64,000 bases of DNA from Pseudonocardiaceae bacterium. Lineage in GTDB: Bacteria; Actinomycetota; Actinomycetes; Mycobacteriales; Pseudonocardiaceae. Positions 19,921 to 30,771 of this stretch are shown here, one piece after another. Position 1 is the stretch's first letter; each line of letters starts with the position of its first letter. The DNA is taken from the NCBI GenBank assembly GCA_050699435.1, contig JBOHGM010000007.1, forward strand, positions 3,928-67,927, read 5' to 3'. The translations under genes and the position numbers were made by a program. The notes beneath the pieces were generated by a model, which searched no databases, was not told where the DNA came from, and was given only the letters and a program-made list of their open reading frames with translations.

Positions 19921-20537
19921 CCCCACCCGGGTCAGCGGAATTTTCCGGGTCGGCGGAGTTCGAGGCGCCGAGGTCCACCAGGCTCGAGGCCACCGAGTTC
20001 GAGGCCCAGGACGGGGTCGGAGCGCCGGACGCGCTGCAGCGGCTGTGGACGCCGCACCGGATGGCCTATATCAAGGGCGAGGGCAAACCTGACCAGGGGG
20101 CCAATTCCGGACGGTGCCCGTTCTGCCGGATCGTGGAGATGGATGATGCCGAGGGGCTGGTCATCGCCCGCGGCGCGGTCGTCTACGCGGTGCTCAACCT
20201 CTACCCATACAACCCGGGGCACCTCATGGTGGTGCCCTTCCGGCACGTCGCCGACTACCCGGATCTGACTGCTCGGGAAACCGCCGAGCTGGCCACCTTC
20301 ACCCAGCGGGCCATGCTCGCCACCCGCCGGGCCGCCGCCCCGCACGGCTTCAATATCGGGATCAACCAGGGTTCCATCGCCGGGGCTGGCATCGCCGCCC
20401 ATCTGCACCAGCACGTGGTGCCCAGGTGGGGTGGCGACGCGAACTTCATGCCGGTGGTCGGGGGGACCAAAGTCTTGCCGCAGCTGCTCGCCGAGACCCG
20501 CACGCTGCTGGTGAACGCGTGGACGGAGCTGACCTGA
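19917..20537 (+). CDS. HIT family protein (Rv2613c-like)
   Basis: It carries CPFCRI and the histidine triad region [15 protein letters not shown]. The start overlaps the thrS stop (GTGA). Confidence 0.85.
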   Translation: MTPPGSAEFSGSAEFEAPRSTRLEATEFEAQDGVGAPDALQRLWTPHRMAYIKGEGKPDQGANSGRCPFCRIVEMDDAEGLVIARGAVVYAVLNLYPYNPGHLMVVPFRHVADYPDLTARETAELATFTQRAMLATRRAAAPHGFNIGINQGSIAGAGIAAHLHQHVVPRWGGDANFMPVVGGTKVLPQLLAETRTLLVNAWTELT

Positions 20538-21550
20538 ACGCAACCGGGGCCGGCTGGCGGCAGACGGCCGTCGGGGACCCGGCTCCGCGCTGGAAACGCC
20601 CCCTCGTGATCGGCGGGCGGGTGCTGTTCCTCGGATCCGCACTGGGGATTGTGGTCTGGCGGCTCGCCGGGGATGCCGAGGGCGCCCTGGGCGCGGTCTG
20701 GCAGATCGGGCTGCCAGCAGTACTCGGGGCATTCCTGGCCGCAGCCGCCGGTCTCGGCGCCTCGGGGTTGGCGTGGCGCAGCCTGCTGCGGGGCTTGGGC
20801 GCTCCGCTGGACTTGCACAGCGCGGTGCGGGTGTTCTTCACCGGCCAGATCGGCAAGTACATCCCAGGCACGGTGTGGGCCTATGTGGCGCACGCCAAGC
20901 TGGGCCGCGAGCATGGCGTCTCCGCATCCCGCACGACGGCGGCCTCGGTGCTGTTCGTGCTGGCACACACCGCGACCGGGGCCGTCGTGGCCGGCCTGGT
21001 GCTGCCGTTCGCCTCCGGGGCGGTGTTCGGCCGGTTCGGCTGGGTCGCGTTGCTGGCACCGCTGCTGCTGGCCTGTCTGCACGCCCGGCTGGTCATGCCG
21101 GTCCTGCGGTGGTTGCATCGAGTGCTGGGCCGGGGTACCGCGCCGGAGCGGGTCAGCGGAGCGGCCATTCTGCGCGCGCTGGGCTGGCTCACGGTGACCT
21201 GGATCGGTTACGGCATCAGTATGCTGCTGTTGCTGGCGCCGGTAACCCGCTCGGATACCGAGGCGCTGCTGGCGCCCATGGCGCTCGGCGGGTTCGCCCT
21301 CGCCTGGACTGTCGGTTTCCTGGCCGCCGGTGTGCTGGTGGTGACCCCCGCCGGCCTGGGCGTGCGGGAGGTCGCGCTGCTCATGGTGCTCGGGCCGATC
21401 GTGTACGGCGGCGGTGCGGCGGCAGCTGTGGTGCTGCTGTCCCGGGTGGTGCACACTCTCGCCGACGGAGCGTGGGCGCTGGTCGGCCTGGGCATGCGGG
21501 CACCACAGCAGCCGATGCTCATCGACGATCACCAACCCGTCCCCCGCTGA
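20519..21550 (+). CDS. polytopic membrane protein, UPF0104 / lysyl-PG-synthase-TM-like (flippase-like) family
   Basis: Multiple hydrophobic spans and the motif FFTGQIGKYIPGTVWAY. The GTG at 20519 was chosen as the first start after the HIT reading frame ends. The start is uncertain. Confidence 0.6.
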   Translation: MDGADLNATGAGWRQTAVGDPAPRWKRPLVIGGRVLFLGSALGIVVWRLAGDAEGALGAVWQIGLPAVLGAFLAAAAGLGASGLAWRSLLRGLGAPLDLHSAVRVFFTGQIGKYIPGTVWAYVAHAKLGREHGVSASRTTAASVLFVLAHTATGAVVAGLVLPFASGAVFGRFGWVALLAPLLLACLHARLVMPVLRWLHRVLGRGTAPERVSGAAILRALGWLTVTWIGYGISMLLLLAPVTRSDTEALLAPMALGGFALAWTVGFLAAGVLVVTPAGLGVREVALLMVLGPIVYGGGAAAAVVLLSRVVHTLADGAWALVGLGMRAPQQPMLIDDHQPVPR

Positions 21551-21564
21551 TCGCAGGTCCGGTA

Positions 21565-22179
21565 ATGCTGAACCTCTTCGCCCGCGCGTCGGTCTCCCGG
21601 TTCCTGAACCCGGTGGGTGCCTGGCTGCTGCGCGCCGGCGTCAGCCCCGACGCCATCACGCTGGCCGGTACCGCGGGCACGGTCGCCTCGGCGGTCTGGT
21701 TCTTCCCCCGCGGGCAGCTGCTGGCCGGCACCGCCGCGGTGACGCTGTTCGTCTTGTTCGACGTACTCGATGGCGCCGTCGCCCGGGCCCGAGGGCACGG
21801 CACGCCGTTCGGCACGGTGCTGGACGCCACCTGCGACCGCATCGCCGACGGCGCGCTGTTCGCCGGCCTGACCTGGTGGTGCTTCGGGGTCGGAAACAAC
21901 CGGCCGCTCGCGGTGGCGGCCCTGGTGTGCTTGGTGAGCGCCCAGGTGATCTCCTACAGCAAGGCTCGCGCGGAGGCCACCGGGCTGTCCGCGGAGGGCG
22001 GAATGGTGGAGCGCGCCGAGCGGTTCATCATCGCGCTGGTGGGGACCGGGCTGACCGGGATCGGCGTGCCCTTCGCGATTGACGTGGCGCTGTGGTTGCT
22101 CGCCGCGTTGCAGCTGGTGACTGTGGTACAGCGGATGCTCGCCGTGCGGCGCAGCGCCCGGCAGCAGGAGGCGCGGTGA
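21565..22179 (+). CDS. pgsA1: CDP-alcohol phosphatidyltransferase (phosphatidylinositol phosphate synthase)
   Basis: It carries the DGxxARxxxxxTxxGxxLDxxxDxxxD motif (DVLDGAVARARGHGTPFGTVLDATCDRIAD). Synteny with thrS, HIT and pimA supports the call. Confidence 0.85.
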   Translation: MLNLFARASVSRFLNPVGAWLLRAGVSPDAITLAGTAGTVASAVWFFPRGQLLAGTAAVTLFVLFDVLDGAVARARGHGTPFGTVLDATCDRIADGALFAGLTWWCFGVGNNRPLAVAALVCLVSAQVISYSKARAEATGLSAEGGMVERAERFIIALVGTGLTGIGVPFAIDVALWLLAALQLVTVVQRMLAVRRSARQQEAR

Positions 22180-22210
22180 GCGCGCGAGACCTGCTTGGCA
22201 GGGTCGAGCC

Positions 22211-23134
22211 ATGAGCAATCGGGTCGCCGACGGGCTCACCGACCTCGGATACGCCGCCGGGTGGCGGCTGGTCCGTGCCGCACCGCAGCCGCTGGTTACC
22301 AGGGCCTTCCGGGCCGGCGCGGACCTGGCTGCCCGCCGAAACGGCTCCGGTGTCCGCCAGCTGCGCCGCAACCTCGCCCGGGTGGTGCCCGGCGCCACCC
22401 CGGTCGAGCTCGATGCGTTGGTCCGCGACGGCCTGCGCTCCTATGCCCGGTACTGGCAGGAGGTCTTCATGCTGCCCTCGGCAGACCACCGATCGCTACG
22501 GGCGCGGCTGGATGGCGCGATGGAGGGGCGTGCACACCTGGACACCGCGCTGGCCACCGGCCGGGGGGTGGTGGCGGTGTTGCCGCACAGCGGCAACTGG
22601 GACATCGCGGGACTGTGGTTCGTCGGGCAGCACGGACCATTCAGCACGGTGGCCGAGCGGCTGCGGCCGGAAGCGCTGTACCAGCGCTTCGTCGATTATC
22701 GCACCTCGCTGGGCTTCGACATCGTCCCGTTGAGCGGGGCGGGGAGTCCGACGCCGCGCCTGGTCCGGCGGCTGAACGCGGGTGGGGTGGTGTGCCTGCT
22801 CGCCGACCGGGACCTCACCGGCGGCGGCGTCGGAGTCGAGTTCTTCGGCGACACCGCTCGGATGCCATCGGGCCCGGCCCGGCTGGCCGCGGTCACTGGC
22901 GCCACCCTGCTGGTCATCGGCTGTTGGTTCACTCCGGACGGCTGGGCCATCCGGTTCCATCCGCCGGTACCGGTGCCGGGCCGCCTCGCGGTGGCCAGCG
23001 CCACTCAGACGATCGCCGACTGTTTCGCCACCGACATCGCCGCGCACCCGCAGGACTGGCACATGCTGCAGCCGCTCTGGACAGCCGACCTGGCCGACCC
23101 GCGCCCGATCGGGCAGCTGCACGGCGCGGGATAG
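22211..23134 (+). CDS. patA: phosphatidylinositol mannoside acyltransferase (LpxL/HtrB-like)
   Basis: 307 aa with the lipid A biosynthesis acyltransferase pattern (LPHSGNWDIAG, CLLADRD). Its position between the PI synthase gene and pimA matches Rv2611c. Confidence 0.8.
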   Translation: MSNRVADGLTDLGYAAGWRLVRAAPQPLVTRAFRAGADLAARRNGSGVRQLRRNLARVVPGATPVELDALVRDGLRSYARYWQEVFMLPSADHRSLRARLDGAMEGRAHLDTALATGRGVVAVLPHSGNWDIAGLWFVGQHGPFSTVAERLRPEALYQRFVDYRTSLGFDIVPLSGAGSPTPRLVRRLNAGGVVCLLADRDLTGGGVGVEFFGDTARMPSGPARLAAVTGATLLVIGCWFTPDGWAIRFHPPVPVPGRLAVASATQTIADCFATDIAAHPQDWHMLQPLWTADLADPRPIGQLHGAG

Positions 23135-23141
23135 TGGGGCC

Positions 23142-24314
23142 GTGCGGATCGGAATGGTCTGCCCGTACTCGTTCGCCGAACGGGGCGGGGTACAGGCGCA
23201 TGTACTGGGCCTTGCGCACGGCCTGCGCGGCCTCGGGCACCGGGTGGAGGTCCTCGCTCCGGCCTCGGCAGCCGGTCCATTGCCGGAGTTCGTGACTGCG
23301 GCAGGCCGGGCCATCCGGGTGCCTTACAACGGCTCGGTCGCTCCCCTGGCGTTCGGTCCGATGGCTGGCACCCGGGTCCGACGCTGGTTGCGTGATCACG
23401 ACTTCGACGTGCTGCACCTGCACGAGCCCACCGCGCCCAGCGTGTCGCTGATCGCCCTGGCATTGGCCGACGTGCCGGTCGTGGCGACATTCCATATGGC
23501 CACCACCCGGTCCTGGGCGCTGGCCGCGGCGCACGGCCTGCTGCAGCCCCCGATGGAGAAGGTCACTGCCCGGATCGCGGTCTCCCCGCTGGCCCGCCGG
23601 GTGCAGGTGGAGTGCCTCGGCGGGGACGCCGTCGAGATCCCGAACGGGGTGGATGTGGCGCTCTTCGCCGGGGCCGCGCCGCTGCCCGGGTATCCGCGAT
23701 CCGGTGACACGGTCGGCTTCGTGGGCCGCTTCAACGAGCCGCGTAAGGGGATGCCGGTGCTGCTCGCGGCGCTGCGCACGCTCGTCCGAGCGCGGCCGGG
23801 GTTGCAGGTGCTGGTGGTCGGTCGCGGGGATGCCCCGGCGCTGCACCGGGCTGCAGGCCCGGAGCTGGCTCCCCGGATCCGGGTGCTGGGCGAGCTGGGG
23901 GAGCGCGCCAAGGCAGCGGCGCTGCGCAGTGTGGACCTGCTTTGTGTGCCCGCCACCGGAGGGGAGAGTTTCGGGGTCGTGCTGACCGAGGCGATGGCTG
24001 CGGGCACTCTTGTGCTGGCCAGTGACCTCGATGCCTTCCGCCGGGTGCTGGACGACGGCCGGGCCGGCGCGCTCGTCCCGCCTGGCGCACCGGCTGCGCT
24101 GGCCAGGGTGCTCGGTGAGCTGCTCGACGATCCTGCCCGGCGCGCGGCGTTGGCCACGCAGGGCCAGCGCCGCGCCGCGATGTGGGACTGGCCGGTGGTG
24201 GCGCGGCGGGTGCTCCAGGTCTACGAGACGGCGGTGGCTGCGGATCCGCGCCGACTCTTACCCGGATCGAGCACTGTGCTCGCCCGCCGCCTGCTGACCA
24301 GAGCCGAGCGATGA
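23142..24314 (+). CDS. pimA: GDP-mannose-dependent phosphatidylinositol alpha-mannosyltransferase (GT4)
   Basis: It reads VRIGMVCPYSFAERGGVQAHVLGLA, and GT4 motifs include GGESFGVVLTEAMAAG. The GTG at 23142 is 5 bp after the previous stop. Confidence 0.9.
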   Translation: MRIGMVCPYSFAERGGVQAHVLGLAHGLRGLGHRVEVLAPASAAGPLPEFVTAAGRAIRVPYNGSVAPLAFGPMAGTRVRRWLRDHDFDVLHLHEPTAPSVSLIALALADVPVVATFHMATTRSWALAAAHGLLQPPMEKVTARIAVSPLARRVQVECLGGDAVEIPNGVDVALFAGAAPLPGYPRSGDTVGFVGRFNEPRKGMPVLLAALRTLVRARPGLQVLVVGRGDAPALHRAAGPELAPRIRVLGELGERAKAAALRSVDLLCVPATGGESFGVVLTEAMAAGTLVLASDLDAFRRVLDDGRAGALVPPGAPAALARVLGELLDDPARRAALATQGQRRAAMWDWPVVARRVLQVYETAVAADPRRLLPGSSTVLARRLLTRAER

Positions 24315-24787
24315 ACGGGCCCAGAGTGGTCGTGGCTGCCCTGCTGCTGGGCGCCGCGGCAGGCGTGCTGGGCGCGGTGCGCGGGGCGAACCGGCTGGAC
24401 CGGCTGCACGTGCGCACCGATGCGGCGTGGGGCGCCTTGGACGCTGCTCTCGGACGCCGCGCCCTCGCGGTCAGCAGCCTGGCGCGCCCGGATGCTGTCT
24501 CAGCGGCCGATGCCGCGCTACGGGCGGCACCCGGGTTTCGCGAGGATGTCGAGAACGAGCTGGGCCGGGTACTTGTGGTGCTGGACCGTACCGGTCTGGC
24601 TCCCGCCCGGGCGGCCCAACTAGCTGACGCGGAGCAGCGCGTGGTGATCGCCAGACGGGTCTACAACGACGCGGTACGCGACACCCTGGCCTTGCGCTCG
24701 CACCGGATGGTGCGCTGGCTGCGGTTAGCCGGTACCGCCCCGCTGCCGCACTACTTCGAGATCGCCGAGCCGACGCTGCCGGGGTGA
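24311..24787 (+). CDS. hypothetical protein with an N-terminal membrane anchor
   Basis: The ATG at 24311 overlaps the pimA stop (ATGA). The product reads MNGPRVVVAALLLGAAAGVLGAV.... No motif recognised. Confidence 0.5.
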   Translation: MNGPRVVVAALLLGAAAGVLGAVRGANRLDRLHVRTDAAWGALDAALGRRALAVSSLARPDAVSAADAALRAAPGFREDVENELGRVLVVLDRTGLAPARAAQLADAEQRVVIARRVYNDAVRDTLALRSHRMVRWLRLAGTAPLPHYFEIAEPTLPG

Positions 24788-24792
24788 GCCGC

Positions 24793-26907
24793 TCAGGAGG
24801 AGGAGGGCGTGGGGGCGTAGCGGGCGAAGCGCCGGGTGAACACCGCGGTGCCTGAGGTCAGCCCGCGTAGGTCGACCGCGTAGCGCAGCAGTTCGGCGGC
24901 CGGTACCTCGGCGCGGACCAGCATCCGGCCGGTCTCGTCGGTCTCGGTGCCCAGCACCCGGCCGCGTCGGCTGGACAGGTCGCCCAGCACGGTGCCCAGA
25001 TGCTCTTCCGGCATCCGCACCTCCACCTCGTCCAGCGGTTCCAGCGAGACCACGCTGCCCTTCTCGGCGGCGTCCTTGAGTGCCAGCGAGCCTGCCATCT
25101 GGAAGGCGGCATCAGAGGAGTCGACGCTGTGCGCCTTTCCGTCGACCAGCGTCACCCGGATGTCCACCATCGGGAAGCCGGCCGAGATGCCGCGTTCCAT
25201 CTGCGTCCGAACGCCCTTCTCCACGCTGGGGATGAACTGGTGGGGCACCGCGCCGCCGACCACCTTGTCCACGAACTCGAACCCGGCCCCGCGCGGCAGC
25301 GGTTCGACTTCGATGTCGCAGACCGCGTACTGGCCGTGTCCTCCGGACTGTTTGACGTGTCTGCCGTGCCCCTTGGCGGGACCGCCGAAGGTCTCCCGCA
25401 GCGGCACCACAACTGGTTCGGTGTCCACGTCGGCGCCCCCTGCGCGCAACCGGGAGAGCACGACGTCGGCATGCGCCTCGCCCATGCACCACAGCACCAT
25501 CTGGTGCGTCTCGGCGTTGCGCTCCAACCGCAGGGTCGGGTCTGCGGCCACCAGCCGGCCCAGCCCACGCGCCAGGGCGTCCTCGTCGCTGCGGCTGCGC
25601 CCCACCACGGCCACCGGCAATAGCGGTTCCGGCATCGTCCACGGCGCCATCAGCAGCGGGTCGTCCGGCCCCGATAGGGTGTCGCCGGTCTCCGCGGAGA
25701 CCACCTTGGTCACCGCGCAGAGGTCACCGGCCACGCAGTGCGGTACTTCTGTGAGTGTGCCGCCCAGCGGGGTGTAGACGTGCGCCACCCGCTCGTCCAC
25801 GTCGTGGTCGGCGTGCCCGCGGTCGGCCAGTCCATGCCCTGAGACGTGCACCGGACGGTCCGGCTGCAGTGTCCCGGAGAACACCCGGACCAGCGACACC
25901 CGGCCCTGGTAGGGGTCGACGGTGGTGCGTACCACCTCCGCGGCCAGTGCGGCGGCCGGGTCCACGTCGAGAGCTGGATGCGTCGACCCGTCCGGGCGGC
26001 TCACCGGAGGAGGGGTGCGCTCGCCGGGAGCGGGGAAGGCGCCGGTGAGCACCTCGAGGAGTTCGGCGAGCCCCACCCCGGTGCTGGCGCAGGCCGGGAT
26101 GACCGGGTAAAAGGTGCCACGGGAGACCGCAGTCTCCAAGTCGTCGATCAGCAGACCGAGGTCGAGGTCCTCGCCACTGAGGTAGCGGTCCATGAGGGAC
26201 TCGTCCTCGCTCTCGGCGATGATCCCCTCGATGAGCTCATTGCGGGCGACGGTGAACTCGTCGTCGTCCACCGCGCTGCGCTCACCCTCGGTCGGCGGAT
26301 ATCCCTCGCGGTAGTCGAACAACCGCTGCGACAACAGGCCGACCAGGCCGCTCACCGCGCCGTCCCCGGCGCGCACCGGCAGGTAGAGCGGCAGCACGCC
26401 GTCGCCGAAGGCGACTCGGCAGGCGGTGATCTCACCGTCCAGATCGGCCCTCGGGTGATCCAGCCTGCTCACCACGACCGCCCGGGGCATGTCGACCTTG
26501 GCGCATTCCTGCCACAGCGCGACGGTGGCCGGATCCACGCCCTCCGCGGAACACACCACGAACAACGCCGCGTCCACCGCCCGCAGCCCCGCGCGCAACT
26601 CGCCCACGAAATCGGCATATCCGGGCGTGTCCACCAGATTGATCTTGATTCCGTCGTGCTGCAGTGGGGCGATCGCCAGCGTTACCGACCGCTGCTGGCG
26701 CACCGCCGCTGGGTCGTGGTCACACACCGTCGTGCCGTCGGCGACCGTGCCGGTGCGACTGATCACTCCCGTCGCCGCGAGCAGCGCCTCCGCCAGCGTC
26801 GTCTTCCCCGCCCCGGACGGCCCGACCAGAGCCACGTTGCGGATCCGGGACGGGTCCTGCGCCGCCACGGCGAGATCGGGACGCTCACCGTTGCCTTTCG
26901 TGCCCAT
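24793..26907 (-). CDS. elongation factor G-like translational GTPase
   Basis: From the ATG at 26907: G1 VGPSGAGKTTL, G3 DTPGYADF, then EF-G domains II-V. The upstream 165 codons of the ORF run antisense into the pdxS promoter and 5' region and were rejected. Confidence 0.85.
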   Translation of the reverse strand: MGTKGNGERPDLAVAAQDPSRIRNVALVGPSGAGKTTLAEALLAATGVISRTGTVADGTTVCDHDPAAVRQQRSVTLAIAPLQHDGIKINLVDTPGYADFVGELRAGLRAVDAALFVVCSAEGVDPATVALWQECAKVDMPRAVVVSRLDHPRADLDGEITACRVAFGDGVLPLYLPVRAGDGAVSGLVGLLSQRLFDYREGYPPTEGERSAVDDDEFTVARNELIEGIIAESEDESLMDRYLSGEDLDLGLLIDDLETAVSRGTFYPVIPACASTGVGLAELLEVLTGAFPAPGERTPPPVSRPDGSTHPALDVDPAAALAAEVVRTTVDPYQGRVSLVRVFSGTLQPDRPVHVSGHGLADRGHADHDVDERVAHVYTPLGGTLTEVPHCVAGDLCAVTKVVSAETGDTLSGPDDPLLMAPWTMPEPLLPVAVVGRSRSDEDALARGLGRLVAADPTLRLERNAETHQMVLWCMGEAHADVVLSRLRAGGADVDTEPVVVPLRETFGGPAKGHGRHVKQSGGHGQYAVCDIEVEPLPRGAGFEFVDKVVGGAVPHQFIPSVEKGVRTQMERGISAGFPMVDIRVTLVDGKAHSVDSSDAAFQMAGSLALKDAAEKGSVVSLEPLDEVEVRMPEEHLGTVLGDLSSRRGRVLGTETDETGRMLVRAEVPAAELLRYAVDLRGLTSGTAVFTRRFARYAPTPSSS

Positions 26908-27082
26908 GGCACCACCCTTGGCCGTGCGGATCGTGTGGTCGATCTCACACTGGTGTGCCGGTGGAGGCAACCCCTGGAGCTGTTGCACGCAACGTCGTTG
27001 GTAGCAGGCGACGTACGATCGATAAGTGGGTGGCCGTTTTGCCGCCGTATCCCCATACCGCTGGCCTGAGGAGCGAACCGCC

Positions 27083-28000
27083 GTGCCCTCCGAGAACACG
27101 CCCATTCCGAGCACCGAGCACCAGATCGGCACCGCACGGGTCAAGCGCGGGATGGCCGAGATGCTCACGGGCGGCGTGATCATGGACGTGGTCACGGCGG
27201 AGGACGCCAGGATCGCAGAGGACGCCGGCGCTGTTGCCGTGATGGCGCTGGAGCGGGTCCCCGCGGACATCCGGGCACACGGTGGCGTGGCCCGGATGAG
27301 CGACCCGGACATGATCATGCAGATCATCGAAGCCGTGTCGATCCCGGTGATGGCCAAGGCCCGCATCGGGCACTTCGTTGAGGCGCAGGTGCTGCAGGCC
27401 ATCGGGGTGGATTATGTCGACGAGTCAGAGGTGCTGACCCCGGCCGACGAGGCGCACCACATCGACAAGTTCGCATTCACCGTGCCGTTCGTCTGCGGTG
27501 CCACCAACCTCGGCGAGGCACTACGCAGGATCTCCGAGGGTGCTGCGATGATCCGGTCCAAGGGTGAGGCCGGGACCGGCAACGTCGTCGAGGCGACCCG
27601 GCACATGCGCGCGATTCGCGCCGGTATTCGCTCCCTGGCCACGATGGACTCCCAGGAGCTGTACGCGGCCGCCAAGGAGCTGCGGGCCCCGGTGGAGCTG
27701 GTCCGCGAGGTCGCAGCGGCGGGCGCGCTGCCGGTGGTGCTGTTCACCGCGGGTGGTATCGCCACACCGGCTGATGCGGCGATGCTGATGCAGCTCGGCG
27801 CCGAGGGCGTGTTCGTCGGCTCGGGCATCTTCAAGGCCGGCGACCCCGCCAAGCGCGCGGAGGCGATCGTCAAGGCCACCACGTTCCACGATGACCCGGA
27901 GATGGTCGCGAAAGTATCCCGAGGGCTGGGGGAGGCGATGGCGGGAATCAACCTCGGTGATCTGCCCGAGGAGCAGCGCCTGTCCCAGCGCGGCTGGTGA
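27083..28000 (+). CDS. pdxS: pyridoxal 5'-phosphate synthase lyase subunit
   Basis: It reads [45 protein letters not shown]...[11 protein letters not shown]. The GTG at 27083 follows GAGGAG. Confidence 0.95.
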   Translation: MPSENTPIPSTEHQIGTARVKRGMAEMLTGGVIMDVVTAEDARIAEDAGAVAVMALERVPADIRAHGGVARMSDPDMIMQIIEAVSIPVMAKARIGHFVEAQVLQAIGVDYVDESEVLTPADEAHHIDKFAFTVPFVCGATNLGEALRRISEGAAMIRSKGEAGTGNVVEATRHMRAIRAGIRSLATMDSQELYAAAKELRAPVELVREVAAAGALPVVLFTAGGIATPADAAMLMQLGAEGVFVGSGIFKAGDPAKRAEAIVKATTFHDDPEMVAKVSRGLGEAMAGINLGDLPEEQRLSQRGW

Positions 28001-29214
28001 CCACCGGGGAGGGCGCGACCGCGGCCAGGGCGCTGTTACTCTCCGCGTCGGCCGGGCACCGGTTGCGGACCCCCGAGCCGGAGGGCGGGGCGGGTCGCGA
28101 TTCCCTGATCAGCCGCGGCACCCTGCTGGTGCACGCCGACCTGCACAATCACACCCTGCTCTCGGACGGTGCCGGAGACCCGGAGGCGGCCTTTCCCTCG
28201 ATGCGCGAAGCCGGTCTGGACGTCGCGGCGCTGACCGACCACGCGATCCGTGGCGCGACGGTGGAGGGCACCGGACGCGGCGGCACCCCGTGGATCGGGC
28301 TGGACCGGGCCGGCTGGCGGCGCACCGGGACACTGGCCGACGCCCATGACCGGCCCGGCGAGTTCACGGCGATCCGCGGTTTCGAGTGGACGCACCCGCA
28401 CTTGGGGCACGTCAATGCCTGGTTCACCGATGACTTCACCGACATCGAGACGCACGGCGCGATGGCCGAACTGTACGCCTGGCTGACCCAGGTCGGTCGC
28501 CGCAACGGTGCGCGTGCCCCGGGCGGGCTGGCCGGCTTCAACCATCCCGGTCGGGAGGACGGCCGGTTCGGCAGCTTCCGCTACGACGCCACTGCCGCCG
28601 GGCAGATGGTCAGCCTGGAGATGTTCAACCGTACCGACGACTACCTGTTCGAGGGCGTCGCGGCGGGTGCGGTGTCCCCGCTGGTGGCCTCCCTGGACGC
28701 CGGCTGGCGCACCGGCCTGCTCGGCGTCACCGACGAGCACGGCACGGACTGGGGGTTCCCGGCAGACCGGGGACGGGCCGGGTTGTGGGTCACCGAGCAC
28801 AGCAGAGCCGGGGTCGCCGAGGCGATGCGGGCCCGGCGGTTCTTCGCCACCCGGGTCTCGGGACTGCGGCTGGACGCCACCGCTGGCGGCGTGCGGATGG
28901 GCTCGGTGTTGCGGCACCGGCGTGGACCCGTGCCGTTCGCGCTCGACCTCGACCGGGGGCCGGCCTGGCGCGGCCGGGCACTGCAGGTTCAGGTGTTGCG
29001 CCCGGGTACGCCGGCACCTGCGGTGGCCGACCTGGTCGAGGTGCACTGCGGGGAGATCGCCCGCTTCGCCGTGCCGCTCGACCTCGATGACGGCAGCTGG
29101 ACAGTGCTGCGGATCGCCGACCCGGCTGCGCCCAATGATAATCCGGGTCCGGCAGGCCATCCGGCGAACAATCACGCGCTCGCCTACACCAGCCCCTGGT
29201 TCCTCGAGCCCTGA
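27997..29214 (+). CDS. PHP/CehA-McbA-like putative metal-dependent phosphoesterase
   Basis: N-terminal [13 protein letters not shown] and LTDHA motifs are typical of the PHP fold. The remainder is unassigned. The start overlaps the pdxS stop. Confidence 0.55.
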   Translation: MTTGEGATAARALLLSASAGHRLRTPEPEGGAGRDSLISRGTLLVHADLHNHTLLSDGAGDPEAAFPSMREAGLDVAALTDHAIRGATVEGTGRGGTPWIGLDRAGWRRTGTLADAHDRPGEFTAIRGFEWTHPHLGHVNAWFTDDFTDIETHGAMAELYAWLTQVGRRNGARAPGGLAGFNHPGREDGRFGSFRYDATAAGQMVSLEMFNRTDDYLFEGVAAGAVSPLVASLDAGWRTGLLGVTDEHGTDWGFPADRGRAGLWVTEHSRAGVAEAMRARRFFATRVSGLRLDATAGGVRMGSVLRHRRGPVPFALDLDRGPAWRGRALQVQVLRPGTPAPAVADLVEVHCGEIARFAVPLDLDDGSWTVLRIADPAAPNDNPGPAGHPANNHALAYTSPWFLEP

Positions 29215-29245
29215 CCCTTCGAACGCCAGCGTCTACGCTGGTCCA

Positions 29246-29893
29246 GTGTCTGAATACGGTCCTGTCGTCGGTGTGCTGGCGCTCCAGGGTGATGTGCGCG
29301 AGCATCAGCGGGCGGTGGCCGAATGCGGGCTACGCAGCAGGTTGGTGCGCCGCATGGCGGAGCTCGTCGAGGTGGATGCGCTGATCCTGCCCGGGGGCGA
29401 GTCCACCACGATGAGCCGGCTGCTGGTCGCCTTCGACCTGCTGGAACCGCTGCGGGCCCGGCTCGCCGAGGGCATGCCCGCCTACGGATCGTGCGCCGGG
29501 ATGATCCTGTTGAGCAAGGAGATCCTGGACGGGCGGCCCGACCAGCAGCAACTCGACGCGTTGGACACCGTCGTGCGCCGCAACGCGTTCGGCAGGCAGG
29601 TCGAGTCCTTCGAGGCCGATCTGGACTTCGCGGGCGTGCCTGGTGACCCGGTGCGGGCGGTCTTCATCCGCGCCCCCTGGGTGGAGCAGGCCGGACCGGG
29701 TGTTGACGTGCTGGCGAGCGTGCCCGACGTGCCGTCCGTGGGTAGCGCCGCAGGTAGGATCGTCGCGGTCCGGCAGGGGTTCGTGCTGGCCACCGCGTTT
29801 CATCCGGAGTTGACCGGTGACCGGCGCATCCACCAGTTGTTCTGCGAGATGGTCCGGCTCTCCGCTGCGGCGCGGGTGAGCGCAGGCGGGTGA
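29246..29893 (+). CDS. pdxT: pyridoxal 5'-phosphate synthase glutaminase subunit
   Basis: It reads [32 protein letters not shown] and FHPELT. The upstream part of ORF 28508-29893 is out-of-frame overlap with the preceding gene. Confidence 0.93.
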   Translation: MSEYGPVVGVLALQGDVREHQRAVAECGLRSRLVRRMAELVEVDALILPGGESTTMSRLLVAFDLLEPLRARLAEGMPAYGSCAGMILLSKEILDGRPDQQQLDALDTVVRRNAFGRQVESFEADLDFAGVPGDPVRAVFIRAPWVEQAGPGVDVLASVPDVPSVGSAAGRIVAVRQGFVLATAFHPELTGDRRIHQLFCEMVRLSAAARVSAGG

Positions 29894-29926
29894 GATTGGC
29901 GAGCGATCAAGAGGAGCAGGGCAGGT

Positions 29927-30676
29927 ATGAGCGGCCACTCGAAATGGGCGACCACCAAGCACAAGAAGGCCGCCGTCGACGCGAAGCGCGGCAAGCTCTT
30001 CGCAAAGCTGATCAAGAACATCGAGGTGGCGGCCCGCACCGGTGGCGGCGATCCGGACGGTAACCCGACGCTGTACGACGCCATCCAGAAGGCCCGCAAG
30101 AACTCGGTGCCCACGGACAACATCGACCGTGCGGTCCAGCGCGGCTCCGGTGCCGATGCCGGCGGGGCCGACTACCAGACGATCATGTACGAGGGATACG
30201 GCCCTGGTGGGGTGGCGCTGCTCGTCGAATGTCTCACCGACAACCGAAACCGGGCGGCGTCCGACGTGCGGACCGCGATGACCCGCAACGGCGGCACGAT
30301 GGCCGACCCCGGCTCGGTGTCGTTCCTGTTCAGCCGCAAGGGCGTGGTGATTGTGCCGCGGGAGAACCTGTCGGAGGACGACGTGCTGGCCGCGGTGCTC
30401 GATGCCGGCGCCGAGGAGGTCAACGACCTTGGCGAGTCCTTCGAGGTGGTGTCCGAGGCCACCGACCTGGTCGGGGTACGCACCGCGCTGCAGCGGGCCG
30501 GTATCGACTACGACTCCGCCGAAGCGAGCTTCCTGCCCTCGGCGAGCATCCCACTGGACGCCGATGATGCCCGCAAGGTGTTCAAGCTGATCGACGCGTT
30601 GGAGGACTGCGACGACGTGCAGAACGTCTACGCCAATTTCGACGTCCCCGACGACGTGCTGGCCGAGGTCGGCTGA
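29927..30676 (+). CDS. yebC: YebC/PmpR family DNA-binding transcriptional regulator
   Basis: It reads [37 protein letters not shown], diagnostic for the family. Confidence 0.93.
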   Translation: MSGHSKWATTKHKKAAVDAKRGKLFAKLIKNIEVAARTGGGDPDGNPTLYDAIQKARKNSVPTDNIDRAVQRGSGADAGGADYQTIMYEGYGPGGVALLVECLTDNRNRAASDVRTAMTRNGGTMADPGSVSFLFSRKGVVIVPRENLSEDDVLAAVLDAGAEEVNDLGESFEVVSEATDLVGVRTALQRAGIDYDSAEASFLPSASIPLDADDARKVFKLIDALEDCDDVQNVYANFDVPDDVLAEVG

Positions 30677-30771
30677 GCGAGTGCCGAGGGGGTGGGGTGT
30701 GTCGGTACCCGGGGCCCAGCGATGCCGGCGCTAGGATTCGAACGGGTGTTCGCTCATCTGAGGAGGTGTCG

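Noticed and set aside
17800-19926. 708-aa minus-strand ORF opposite thrS
   Set aside because: It is antisense to the unmistakable ThrS reading frame. The product is low-complexity with no recognisable domain.
26908-27402. N-terminal 165-codon extension of the EF-G-like ORF
   Set aside because: The extension is Ser/Ala/Thr-rich junk that runs antisense into the 5' part of pdxS. The G1 motif lies just after the internal ATG at 26907.
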